Translations under genes and position numbers: made by a program
The notes under the pieces: model-generated
Databases searched by the model: none
What the model was told of the DNA's origin: nothing
What the model saw: only the letters and a program-made list of their open reading frames with translations
Shown: in pieces, positions 15,329-23,031 of the stretch
How positions within the stretch are numbered: position 1 is the stretch's first letter
Layout of the letters: the number at the start of each line of letters is the position of its first letter
Source: Rhizobium phage RHph_TM30
Sequence record: MN988521.1
Direction: 5' to 3' (one strand)
DNA: 24,000 nt

Positions 15329-15700
15329 ATGCGCATTGCAGATGTCCTCGTAGGTCAGCATTTCACATTCGATCTTGCCAGAGGTCGATTCACCTACGAG
15401 AAACTCAAGAAGGGATATGTTCGATCAGATGGATTGAAGATCCGTAAGGCTCAGTGGCTACCTGACTTCGAAGTAGAACTTGTACAGACTCCTCGTGGGA
15501 TCGAAGAGCTTCACTCTCATTCTGATGAGAATGGATCTGTCCGAGTACTGAAGGTACCGATCGAGAATGTCCAGATGATCGTCCAGATGCACTTTGCAGG
15601 TATGAAGGATGGAGTCAAGTCAAACATCCTTGTGAAGTCATCTGATGGCAAGGATCTAGAAGTGGATCATATGCTCGTATTCCTGGAGCAGAGAGTGTGA
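15329..15700 (+). CDS. Hypothetical protein
   Basis: Long open frame. Overlaps a GTG-start small gene. Confidence 0.8.
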   Translation: MRIADVLVGQHFTFDLARGRFTYEKLKKGYVRSDGLKIRKAQWLPDFEVELVQTPRGIEELHSHSDENGSVRVLKVPIENVQMIVQMHFAGMKDGVKSNILVKSSDGKDLEVDHMLVFLEQRV

Positions 15701-15852
15701 CTGAGTCAGATAAGCCTATCAGACCTACTGGTAAATCGATCTCGACTGGTAAGTCTATGAGTCCTGTCGAGTATATGAAGATATACGAAGAGACTGTCAA
15801 AGTCGTTGTAATTGATCATCGGAGGAGATTCTATGGAAGATCAGAAACCTAG
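15697..15852 (+). CDS. 51-aa hypothetical protein, GTG start (MTESDKPIRPTGKSISTGKSMSPVEYMKIYEETVKVVVIDHRRRFYGRSET)
   Basis: GTGA overlap. Fills the gap to the next gene. Missed by the ORF length cut-off. Confidence 0.65.
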   Translation: MTESDKPIRPTGKSISTGKSMSPVEYMKIYEETVKVVVIDHRRRFYGRSET

Positions 15853-16039
15853 ACTAGGTGAGATCATCGAGGACTGCTACCTGTATGGTCATACAACACT
15901 GTTGACAGGATTCGTTGTAAGGATTCTTGAGATCGACGGTGATGATGTCTCGATTGAGTTCGAGGATTATCGAGACAATACTGTTAATTGGACTATCAAG
16001 TCGAATTTCATTAAGGAGATTACTGATGAAACAACTTGA
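15833..16039 (+). CDS. Small hypothetical protein (MEDQKPRLGEIIEDCYLYGHTTLLTG...)
   Basis: GGAGGAG-attct-ATG RBS. The track gives 15812. Confidence 0.8.
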   Translation: MEDQKPRLGEIIEDCYLYGHTTLLTGFVVRILEIDGDDVSIEFEDYRDNTVNWTIKSNFIKEITDETT

Positions 16040-16322
16040 TCTGACTCCTGAGCAGATTGAGTTCCGAGATCTACTCCTGGAGAATATCTATCAGAGTTAT
16101 CCAGACGACTGGAAGACATGGACGATCGATGAGAAGGTACGTAATCGTTGTGGGAATATCTCTCCTCCATTCTCTAAGTTCTTCGGTTTGACAATTGCAT
16201 CAGGATTCTGTAATGATCAACCTCACTTCTGGTGTAAGGATAGTGAAGGTAATATCATCGATCCTACACGTGAACAATTTGGTCCTGGACCATACGAATA
16301 TGAGGAGAATGCACATGACTGA
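16026..16322 (+). CDS. Hypothetical protein with Cys...HFWC...IIDPTREQFG signature, paralogous motif set to 5886-6377
   Basis: VRNRCGNISPPFSKFFGLTIASGFCNDQPHFWCKDSEGNIIDPTREQFG. ATG at 16026 overlaps the upstream gene end. Confidence 0.85.
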   Translation: MKQLDLTPEQIEFRDLLLENIYQSYPDDWKTWTIDEKVRNRCGNISPPFSKFFGLTIASGFCNDQPHFWCKDSEGNIIDPTREQFGPGPYEYEENAHD

Positions 16323-16590
16323 ACATAATCATCGTCGAGGTACGAAATCAACAACTCGACATACTAAAGAATCGGTCGAGAGCAGACTGTACACTCGAGC
16401 AGATATCGGTGGATTCAATAAGTTCTTGAATCGATTCATTACACCTAACTGTGGACTTGAAGTGATTGAGAGAGGTAAGGTAGGACTAGCTCACTCTAAA
16501 GCTGGTGCTAAGAAGTACGTCAGATCTCGTACTCGATTCCATGAGAATGCTGCTACTCGTCAATTAGCTAAGGAAATCAGTGATGACTGA
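16315..16590 (+). CDS. Small basic hypothetical protein (MTEHNHRRGTKSTTRHTKESVESRLYTRADIGG...)
   Basis: Start overlaps the upstream stop. The track start 16195 is out of operon context. Confidence 0.7.
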   Translation: MTEHNHRRGTKSTTRHTKESVESRLYTRADIGGFNKFLNRFITPNCGLEVIERGKVGLAHSKAGAKKYVRSRTRFHENAATRQLAKEISDD

Positions 16591-16597
16591 AGTCGTA

Positions 16598-16822
16598 ATG
16601 AATACCACATACTACACGATGATGGATGAGGACAAGAAGATGGTCCTCACTGACTATCAAGGTCGACGTATGTTCATGTTAATGAGTGAGCTCATCCAAC
16701 GTAATATCGAGGACATGATTGTACTTGGTGATCAGGATAGCTTGTACGAAGAGTCCAAGCACTTCACAGGTATTAAGATCATCATCGTACCTGTTGCTAC
16801 GACAATGAGGATTCAGGTATGA
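16598..16822 (+). CDS. Small hypothetical protein
   Basis: ATG at MNTTYYTMMDEDK, coupled to the next gene by ATGA at 16819. Confidence 0.7.
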   Translation: MNTTYYTMMDEDKKMVLTDYQGRRMFMLMSELIQRNIEDMIVLGDQDSLYEESKHFTGIKIIIVPVATTMRIQV

Positions 16823-17007
16823 GTGAACCTGCCTACGCGATTCATGTCCTGGATACTCTGAAGTCATCATATCATTGTTCATACAATGAGGCTATGGTAA
16901 GGGGTCAGACGATCAGTCGTAGTCGAGGTTTTACGAAGATCGATGATCGTACCATAGCATTCTTCGATAAAGAAGGATCTCTGAAGGTACTCGTTCAACG
17001 AGAATAA
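16819..17007 (+). CDS. Small hypothetical protein
   Basis: ATGA coupling. Followed by a structured intergenic region. Confidence 0.75.
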   Translation: MSEPAYAIHVLDTLKSSYHCSYNEAMVRGQTISRSRGFTKIDDRTIAFFDKEGSLKVLVQRE

Positions 17008-17014
17008 CGATTCA

Positions 17015-17052
17015 GCTTATTCCAGTGGGATAAGCCTTCCTAGTTGTGAAGG
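17015..17052 (+). terminator. Tandem intergenic hairpins (possible terminator or processing structure)
   Basis: GCTTATTCC-AGT-GGGATAAGC (17015-17035, 9 bp) and CCTTC-CTAGTTGT-GAAGG (17035-17052). No long T-tract. Confidence 0.5.
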
Positions 17053-17067
17053 AATATGGAGACTACA

Positions 17068-17313
17068 ATGGGTATGTTTAATGAAGTCATCATCAAATGT
17101 CCTAAGTGTGAAGGTACATTCATCGAGCAGACTAAGTCAGGTTCATGTTTGCTGAAGACATTCAGACTGGAATGTGCTCCTGCAGAAGAGCTCAGTGGAC
17201 TACTGACAGATGACGGTAGCGTATGGTGTCAGAACTGTGGAGCTAAGCTAGGTCTTCAGATTCAGGTACGTGTCGTAGAGAAAGATAGTGAAGATGGATG
17301 GAGAAGCATCTGA
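17068..17313 (+). CDS. Zn-ribbon-like small protein (CPKC...CQNCG)
   Basis: ATATGGAGACTACA-ATG RBS. Two CxxC motifs. Confidence 0.8.
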   Translation: MGMFNEVIIKCPKCEGTFIEQTKSGSCLLKTFRLECAPAEELSGLLTDDGSVWCQNCGAKLGLQIQVRVVEKDSEDGWRSI

Positions 17314-17674
17314 GGATCTCGAAGAGATTACTCGGAGTATGCATGCTGATGCTCGAAGGATTCTGAAGGATCGACCTAAGAGATTCAAGATTCCTCGTGC
17401 TAAGATCATTGACCCTATCGAGAAGATTATCATGGATGGTCTCGATAAGGCTAACATTAAATACATTCATGACAGTAACAATCCTAAGCATCATCGTCTG
17501 GATTTCTATCTTCCAACCATAGGAATCTTTATTGAAGTTAAACAATTTCATTCAATGAGAATTGCTGAGCAGATGGCACGAGTTGATAATGTGATTGTAA
17601 TCCAAGGTCGTCATGCAGCAGAAATGTTCGTCAAGATGATTAACTCTTCAACTGACATTAAGGATTACGACTGA
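17294..17674 (+). CDS. PD-(D/E)XK nuclease-superfamily-like protein
   Basis: RLDFYLPTIGIFIEVKQFHSMRIAEQMARVDNVIVIQGRHAAEMF: D-(x)n-EVK spacing and a Q-x-R-like helix. The track gives 17288. Confidence 0.6.
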   Translation: MDGEASEDLEEITRSMHADARRILKDRPKRFKIPRAKIIDPIEKIIMDGLDKANIKYIHDSNNPKHHRLDFYLPTIGIFIEVKQFHSMRIAEQMARVDNVIVIQGRHAAEMFVKMINSSTDIKDYD

Positions 17675-17967
17675 TGAGATGGGGACGACATAATCAGAGT
17701 GACTGGTATAAGGATAGTGGACTGTATGTCCTGGAGTTATGTGGATCTTACTACATGACTGTATGGAGTAAGGATTCACTACCTCAGGCTCTACGTACTC
17801 TGAGTAACTGGAATAGTGAAGTCATCTCCGTAGTAAGATCTGACGAGGATGGATGGGAGTTCACCTATACGATTGTATCGAAGGTATCTCATCGAGTAGC
17901 AGATCAGAATAAAGTACAGTTTCACTTGATGGAGACTCTCAAGAATGTAGGTCACTATGAGGGATAG
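17674..17967 (+). CDS. Hypothetical protein
   Basis: Start directly overlaps the previous stop region. Confidence 0.75.
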   Translation: MRWGRHNQSDWYKDSGLYVLELCGSYYMTVWSKDSLPQALRTLSNWNSEVISVVRSDEDGWEFTYTIVSKVSHRVADQNKVQFHLMETLKNVGHYEG

Positions 17968-18112
17968 GTTGATGCGATACGAAGAAGCATTGAGTATGCG
18001 TAAGGATGGTCAGTACCTTTATCGTGAGAGTGAGAAGTATGTTAAGTATTATTATGGAGACGAGGTACCGTACCTTTATCAAGGTGCATCTGATTGGAAG
18101 ATAGGAGAGTGA
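17957..18112 (+). CDS. 51-aa Tyr-rich hypothetical protein (MRDRLMRYEEALSMRKDGQYLYRESEKYVKYYYGDEVPYLYQGASDWKIGE)
   Basis: Fills the gap between 17967 and 18114. Missed by the ORF length cut-off. Alternative start is 17972. Confidence 0.7.
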   Translation: MRDRLMRYEEALSMRKDGQYLYRESEKYVKYYYGDEVPYLYQGASDWKIGE

Positions 18113-18113
18113 G

Positions 18114-18338
18114 ATGATACGATTCACGATTGAGCAGAACGAGGATTGTTGGTCATACAGTAGTGAGGTACATGGATTGCATATGGGATATCCTGATGCA
18201 TTACAAGCTACTGCTGCAGCAATGAGAGCATTTGATCCATCGATTTCATATGATGCTGTCTCAGTCGATGACGTCAAAGATCATTTGATTGAAAGTCGTA
18301 GATCTAAGTTTACAATCGTAGGGAATAACAATGAGTGA
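18114..18338 (+). CDS. Small hypothetical protein
   Basis: Follows a TGAG-ATG junction. Consistent codon style. Confidence 0.75.
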   Translation: MIRFTIEQNEDCWSYSSEVHGLHMGYPDALQATAAAMRAFDPSISYDAVSVDDVKDHLIESRRSKFTIVGNNNE

Positions 18339-18717
18339 CAAGATTACTGGACATGAGTTCGAGATCCTGCTGACGTACGACGATAAGCATCGACTCGTAA
18401 GTGTCAATACTGAGATTCTGAGTCTAGCCAAGCTAGGTAAGCCATACTATGAGACGACGAACCTCGTGGACATGGATGTACATCGTATCAAGATTGGCGC
18501 GGAAAATTCTCGAGAGATCATCGTTAAATCGAGCATCCTTGATGAGTTCTGGGATCATCATCTGAAATCCTCTGGACTGGATCCTGAGGACCATGACGTA
18601 GCGAAGATCGAGCAGTGGATCCATAGCCGTCTGAACGATCCTACCGTGACATCCATTACATTCTCTCCTGACTGCTCTCTCGTCACTGATGGAGATGCAT
18701 TCTGGTTTGATACCTAA
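18331..18717 (+). CDS. Hypothetical protein
   Basis: Overlaps the previous stop. Confidence 0.8.
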   Translation: MSDKITGHEFEILLTYDDKHRLVSVNTEILSLAKLGKPYYETTNLVDMDVHRIKIGAENSREIIVKSSILDEFWDHHLKSSGLDPEDHDVAKIEQWIHSRLNDPTVTSITFSPDCSLVTDGDAFWFDT

Positions 18718-18791
18718 TGTCGTAGTCGGACATAAACTTGACTTGCAATAGCTCGCATAGTAACTGTCATTCTACGCATGAGGAGCATCAT

Positions 18792-18866
18792 ATGACTACC
18801 ATCGCCTACATTACTGGTTCATATGTTAAATCAAGAAATCGAATACATTATCCATCGAGATGCTGA
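18792..18866 (+). CDS. 24-codon ORF with strong RBS (MTTIAYITGSYVKSRNRIHYPSRC), possible truncated gene start or leader peptide
   Basis: GAGGAGCATCAT-ATG. Overlaps the HNH ORF out of frame. Confidence 0.35.
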   Translation: MTTIAYITGSYVKSRNRIHYPSRC

Positions 18867-19602
18867 TGATAAAAGATACGCAGATCGATACATTAAATTT
18901 ATAAATAACTATATGCATCCTTCCCAGGAGAGCGGTGCGTGGCATCATGTTCTACCTAGATCGCTTTATAGTGAGCATGCAGAGAACCCGAACAACATCG
19001 TTAGATTATCACATCGTGCTCACTTTATCTCACATCGAATGCTTCTGAAAGTATTTAATACTCGTCAGATGTTCAATGCACTTCATCTTATGATTCATGG
19101 ACATCGTGGAGACTATCGAGTACTCTCGAATAAGCAGTATCAAACATTCATGGATAAAAGATCTGAGCATCTCAGTGAATTCTTTCGTGAAGAGAGTCGA
19201 GGTGGAGTTAGTTGTATTGAAATATCAACTGGACGAAATGTCAGAGTCAGTCGTGAAACTTATCGATTAAATCCTGATAAGTATACGCACTGGTTTAAAT
19301 CTAATAATCCAGGTGGAGATACTGTTCATCTTCCGTGGTCTCATCCTCGTGCACTAGAGTCTACTAAAGTAATCTGGAGTATCTGTGATGAGATTCATAA
19401 TCTATGGTCAAATGTGTTCCGTAGTCAGAAGATGACGTACTATAATTTCATGTTACATTGTCAGAAAGAGACTGATTTCATTAAACGATTTGAAATCGAA
19501 ATGCATCTCAAACCTGTACGTAGCATGATCCGTAAATTCGAATCAGGTTGGGATCCTACCTCAGATGAAAAGTGGATCAACTTTAGAAAGTCAAGACAAT
19601 GA
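18823..19602 (+). CDS. HNH endonuclease-like protein, likely homing-type
   Basis: WHHVLPRSLYSEHAENPNNIVRLSHRAHFISHRMLLKVF matches the HH-x-N-x-H (HNH) arrangement. Possible NUMOD-like IEISTGRNVRVSRETYRLNPDKY downstream. Confidence 0.75.
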   Translation: MLNQEIEYIIHRDADDKRYADRYIKFINNYMHPSQESGAWHHVLPRSLYSEHAENPNNIVRLSHRAHFISHRMLLKVFNTRQMFNALHLMIHGHRGDYRVLSNKQYQTFMDKRSEHLSEFFREESRGGVSCIEISTGRNVRVSRETYRLNPDKYTHWFKSNNPGGDTVHLPWSHPRALESTKVIWSICDEIHNLWSNVFRSQKMTYYNFMLHCQKETDFIKRFEIEMHLKPVRSMIRKFESGWDPTSDEKWINFRKSRQ

Positions 19603-19823
19603 AATATTTCCAATGCGATCTCTCCCAAGGTACTGGACGTACTACTGCTTACATTGAAGAGCGTGGCGCTAAGGTAGGAGCATTCGTAGAAGTGAAGGAT
19701 GAGAACTTCAATGGACTCTGGAGAGTTGATCAGGTCTCGGATCATGGAGTAGAAGGTGAACATCTTCGTGACCTCCAGAAGAACAATCGTAACATCTTTG
19801 GCTCTATTGCTCCGAGGACTTAA
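19599..19823 (+). CDS. Small conserved-type phage protein (MKYFQCDLSQGTGRTTAYIEERGAKVGAFVEVKD...)
   Basis: ATGA coupling. The sequence style resembles a common small phage protein family (recalled, not searched). Confidence 0.8.
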   Translation: MKYFQCDLSQGTGRTTAYIEERGAKVGAFVEVKDENFNGLWRVDQVSDHGVEGEHLRDLQKNNRNIFGSIAPRT

Positions 19824-19826
19824 TCA

Positions 19827-20147
19827 ATGAACGATCGTGGCAAGGCACTCTGGAAAATTCTAGAGGATGCAAGAGATAATACCGAACAACGTCTCAGGGA
19901 ACATGGATTCGCAGGTAACTTGATTGCTATCCGTGCTAAGAAATGTCTCGTCAAGGGATGTATGAACGAGTCTGATCAAGGTACATTCATAGGAGATCTC
20001 TGCTTACCTTGCCACGATATGATTACTACTGGTAAGATTCATCATACGAATCCTACTTTTATCGGTGATCTTCAACGTCAGATAGGAAAGTATGATAAGA
20101 TTGCTAAATTCCATCAACAATTCATGGAGGTGATGAAAGATGACTGA
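19827..20147 (+). CDS. Small putative Zn-binding protein (CLVKGCMN...GTFIGDLCLPCHDMITTGK)
   Basis: Cys quartet pattern. Confidence 0.8.
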   Translation: MNDRGKALWKILEDARDNTEQRLREHGFAGNLIAIRAKKCLVKGCMNESDQGTFIGDLCLPCHDMITTGKIHHTNPTFIGDLQRQIGKYDKIAKFHQQFMEVMKDD

Positions 20148-20526
20148 TCCTGCACTAAGAATGCTTGAAGAACATGGAGTTAATCTCCGTAGGATCACTG
20201 CTTGGACGAGAGCATACAATGCATTCGTCATGGGAGGATCTTGTCACTATGCTCTAGCTTCAGACTTCGAGTGCGACTATCCTGTCCATCTTGGTAAAGG
20301 ATTCTATGGTGCACTCATTCATGGTCCTAATGAAATCACTCGAGTAGCTGAACTGACTTCTGGAGCAATCGTAGGAGATACTCTTGAAGAAGTCATGAAG
20401 GATATCGAAGCTTGTGAGCATCGTCAGATTATGATTGATCAGATCGATGACGGTAAAGCATTCCTGGAACGTACTCGTCAGTCTGTTGACAATGATGAGT
20501 TCTGGAAGAGGACGACAAAGAGATGA
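20140..20526 (+). CDS. Hypothetical protein
   Basis: Overlaps the previous stop. ATGA with the next gene. Confidence 0.8.
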   Translation: MTDPALRMLEEHGVNLRRITAWTRAYNAFVMGGSCHYALASDFECDYPVHLGKGFYGALIHGPNEITRVAELTSGAIVGDTLEEVMKDIEACEHRQIMIDQIDDGKAFLERTRQSVDNDEFWKRTTKR

Positions 20527-20792
20527 GTGATAGATTTGTTGCACTTAGACATGTTCTGAACGCTATGATCAACAATGAGAGTACGGACTGGTGTGTCAGT
20601 GAACGTAGTGCAAATACTGCTATGAAACTGATCGATGTTCTGGAATTTGCTAATGCTGAAGCACCTTTGATCTTACCTGAGGATGGTCTAGTCGTTCTCA
20701 CATACACAGATCGTACTAAGAAATACTTCATCCGATGTGATGAGGATATAGATATTCAGGTACTGGAGAAGTCAAATGTCAGATCAAACTGA
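20523..20792 (+). CDS. Hypothetical protein
   Basis: ATGA coupling. Confidence 0.8.
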   Translation: MSDRFVALRHVLNAMINNESTDWCVSERSANTAMKLIDVLEFANAEAPLILPEDGLVVLTYTDRTKKYFIRCDEDIDIQVLEKSNVRSN

Positions 20793-21054
20793 AGAAAAGC
20801 TGGTAGAACGATCCGAGTACTACACAGTAGAAGTACGTACTTGGCATCTTCATGAAGTTGGATTACAACGTGAGGTCGATGCAGATGTATGGAATGATTG
20901 CATCTGGCATTTACTATTCGACTCACCTGGTAGTGTTTATACTCAGAAGAGTGAAGCTATCGACGTACGTAATCGAATCGTTAATGAGGCTCACATTCCC
21001 TCAGAGGATATTAGAGTTACTCGAGTCATCCATGAAGTATTGGATATTGAATGA
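20776..21054 (+). CDS. Hypothetical protein
   Basis: Overlaps the previous gene and is coupled to the next. Confidence 0.8.
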   Translation: MSDQTEEKLVERSEYYTVEVRTWHLHEVGLQREVDADVWNDCIWHLLFDSPGSVYTQKSEAIDVRNRIVNEAHIPSEDIRVTRVIHEVLDIE

Positions 21055-21347
21055 AAATCTCATCCATGAAACCTCTGATGAGTACAGAGGATCTTAAAGA
21101 TTACAATTACTCTATCGCAGCTATTACTACTGAAAGTGTAATGGTGATGGCAGACCTATTTCAATTTCCTCCATCTGAAGATGATATCATTGACTTCATC
21201 AAGAAGGTCGAAGAAGATCCTGATATGGTTCAGTACGGTGAACTCACTGTAGGTCTAGGTGACCAAGAGTTTACTGAATGGGTACGATCAGTTGTCAGTG
21301 ATCGTTTCGATGAAGTCACGATGGAAGATCATAAACGATTGAACTAA
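21051..21347 (+). CDS. Hypothetical protein
   Basis: ATGA coupling. Confidence 0.8.
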   Translation: MKISSMKPLMSTEDLKDYNYSIAAITTESVMVMADLFQFPPSEDDIIDFIKKVEEDPDMVQYGELTVGLGDQEFTEWVRSVVSDRFDEVTMEDHKRLN

Positions 21348-21350
21348 CTT

Positions 21351-21384
21351 AGGTCACTAGAGCCTTCCTAGTTACTAGCGACCT
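21351..21384 (+). other. Intergenic hairpin AGGTCaCTAG...CTAGcGACCT
   Basis: 10-nt arms with one mismatch, 14-nt loop. No T-tract. Confidence 0.5.
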
Positions 21385-21398
21385 CATTGGATATTGTG

Positions 21399-21545
21399 AT
21401 GACAAATATTAAAGGATATCTACCAGGATTCCTGATTCTAGCCGTATGTTTAACGATTACTTTCGTAGCTAAACATTATTATAATCCTGCTCCTGTGCAG
21501 GTATTTGATTATACGAAGAAGGAGTCATCGAATGGATGCTCATAG
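21399..21545 (+). CDS. 48-aa single-TM protein MTNIKGYLPGFLILAVCLTITFVAKHYYNPAPVQVFDYTKKESSNGCS
   Basis: Fills an intergenic gap and overlaps the next start. Missed by the ORF length cut-off. Confidence 0.6.
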   Translation: MTNIKGYLPGFLILAVCLTITFVAKHYYNPAPVQVFDYTKKESSNGCS

Positions 21546-21837
21546 TCATCTCGAAATGATCATACAAGAAATCATTTATGAGCATGGAGGATTCATCAAG
21601 TCAGTTAATCTCGTATCTCAAGTCTATGGTCGACTGTCAACGACTTTTAGTAAGGACATCATTACAGAAGAGATGTTCAAGGAACTTACTGAAATCAATC
21701 TTGTCGAGAAGTTGAATCAGATGGTCACTGACAAGAAACTAGGTGAGATTGAGTACTCAGATATGAACTTAGCTTATCGTATCAAATCTGTTTACTATAA
21801 TCCTGAGATTACTAAAGATGTTAGGATTGTCCAGTGA
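21532..21837 (+). CDS. Hypothetical protein (MDAHSHLEMIIQEIIYEHGGF...)
   Basis: AAGAAGGAG-tcatcga-ATG. The track gives 21505. Confidence 0.8.
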   Translation: MDAHSHLEMIIQEIIYEHGGFIKSVNLVSQVYGRLSTTFSKDIITEEMFKELTEINLVEKLNQMVTDKKLGEIEYSDMNLAYRIKSVYYNPEITKDVRIVQ

Positions 21838-22148
21838 GCGATCAGAGTAAGAATCTGAAATGGCCTGAGGATCATGACCCTAACAAATTTCTATTCTCTG
21901 TGCATGGAGTATTTGCACTAGCACCTGATGGTTATATCCAGAGGAAATATAATGGTATCAAAACTCGTGACTCTGATAGCCTTGTGCATGATCATCTATG
22001 TGATAGTGATGGTAAGGTAGACATGATGAAGCTGAAGCAACTTCTGATCGAAGCACGTCAGCACGGTTATGCAACTGCTAAGAATGAAGTCACGTATGCT
22101 ATTACACGTACGACATTCAAAGGAGTACCAGGACTTGATACAGAGTGA
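21834..22148 (+). CDS. Hypothetical protein
   Basis: Start overlaps the upstream stop. Confidence 0.8.
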   Translation: MSDQSKNLKWPEDHDPNKFLFSVHGVFALAPDGYIQRKYNGIKTRDSDSLVHDHLCDSDGKVDMMKLKQLLIEARQHGYATAKNEVTYAITRTTFKGVPGLDTE

Positions 22149-22334
22149 TAATCGTAGATTAGCTCAGCCTGGAGATCAGTCTCATCGAGTATGGGTCATT
22201 ATTTATGAAGATGCAGATATGAGTACTGCAGTCTTTACAGGACCTGATGCAGAGAAGGAGGCTCGTGAGCAGTATGAACGTAGTAAGATCGGATGGAATT
22301 GTTATCTGATGTGTACTGCATATGAGGAAGCATA

Positions 22335-22586
22335 ATGCCTGCATCATATTTAAATGATACTATCCATCGAAAGAGTTATCATCGAGTAGCTCAACTCCGT
22401 GCTACTCATGGATACACTCAGAAACAAGTAGCTGAAGCTATCAACATGAGTCGTGACCATCTTGCATCTATCGAGTCGGGTCGTTGTTGGATGAGTACTA
22501 AATCACTCGTCAATCTCTCAAGATTCTATGGTGTCTCGACTGACTATCTACTAGGACTCTCTGATGTGAGGACTAGAGCAGCATGA
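22335..22586 (+). CDS. XRE-family helix-turn-helix (Cro/CI-like) regulator
   Basis: RVAQLRATHGYTQKQVAEAINMSRDHLASIESGRCWMSTKSLVNLSRFYGVSTDYLLGLSD is a classical HTH_3 pattern. Confidence 0.93.
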   Translation: MPASYLNDTIHRKSYHRVAQLRATHGYTQKQVAEAINMSRDHLASIESGRCWMSTKSLVNLSRFYGVSTDYLLGLSDVRTRAA

Positions 22587-22726
22587 CATTAACAGGTACT
22601 GACGCATTAATAATTTCATCCATTATTGCTATTGTTCTAGCTATCTTGTATATCATGATCAAGATAGGATTTCTAGACTGTCTGGCTATGCTTGTAGTAG
22701 CCATCATCGAGAGTATATTTGATTAA
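22583..22726 (+). CDS. 47-aa hydrophobic membrane protein MTLTGTDALIISSIIAIVLAILYIMIKIGFLDCLAMLVVAIIESIFD
   Basis: ATGA coupling to the XRE gene and TAATG coupling to the next gene. Missed by the ORF length cut-off. Confidence 0.75.
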   Translation: MTLTGTDALIISSIIAIVLAILYIMIKIGFLDCLAMLVVAIIESIFD

Positions 22727-22980
22727 TGTCATCCATTCATTTAGTTGTAGTTACAATTCAACCTACGTATGTCGAGTCACGTATAAGAATGTGGCAGAGA
22801 CGACTAGGTGCAGACCGTGATCTCAAGCCTGGTGCTACATTCTCCTTGTACAAGATTGTCGAGTCTGAGAATGATTACATTAAAGTGATGGGCACATTAG
22901 ATGTTTATGTTCAGAGACATCTTCATCTCAAACCTTATCGAGAGAACATTCCACCATTCAGACTATCTTTAGTCCAGTGA
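22726..22980 (+). CDS. Hypothetical protein
   Basis: Coupled start, followed by a terminator. Confidence 0.8.
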   Translation: MSSIHLVVVTIQPTYVESRIRMWQRRLGADRDLKPGATFSLYKIVESENDYIKVMGTLDVYVQRHLHLKPYRENIPPFRLSLVQ

Positions 22981-22985
22981 TATTA

Positions 22986-23022
22986 GGCCTACTAGGAGAG
23001 ATCTTAGTAGGCCTTTTCTTTT
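22986..23022 (+). terminator. Intrinsic terminator, 11-bp stem, 6-nt loop
   Basis: GGCCTACTAGG-AGAGAT-CTTAGTAGGCC then TTTTCTTTT. Confidence 0.92.
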
Positions 23023-23031
23023 ACCCTCAGT

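Noticed and set aside
17939-18277. 112-aa minus-strand ORF
   Set aside because: Antisense to 17957-18112 and 18114-18338, with no supporting signals. All credible genes here are on the plus strand.
18738-18766. Possible sigma70 promoter TTGACT-N17-TAACTG upstream of the HNH locus
   Set aside because: The -10 match is poor, and a single near-consensus -35 is not enough support.
18721-18791. Checked as a possible tRNA or structured RNA gene
   Set aside because: No cloverleaf arms, no T-arm GTTC motif and no acceptor pairing. Only imperfect short inverted repeats.
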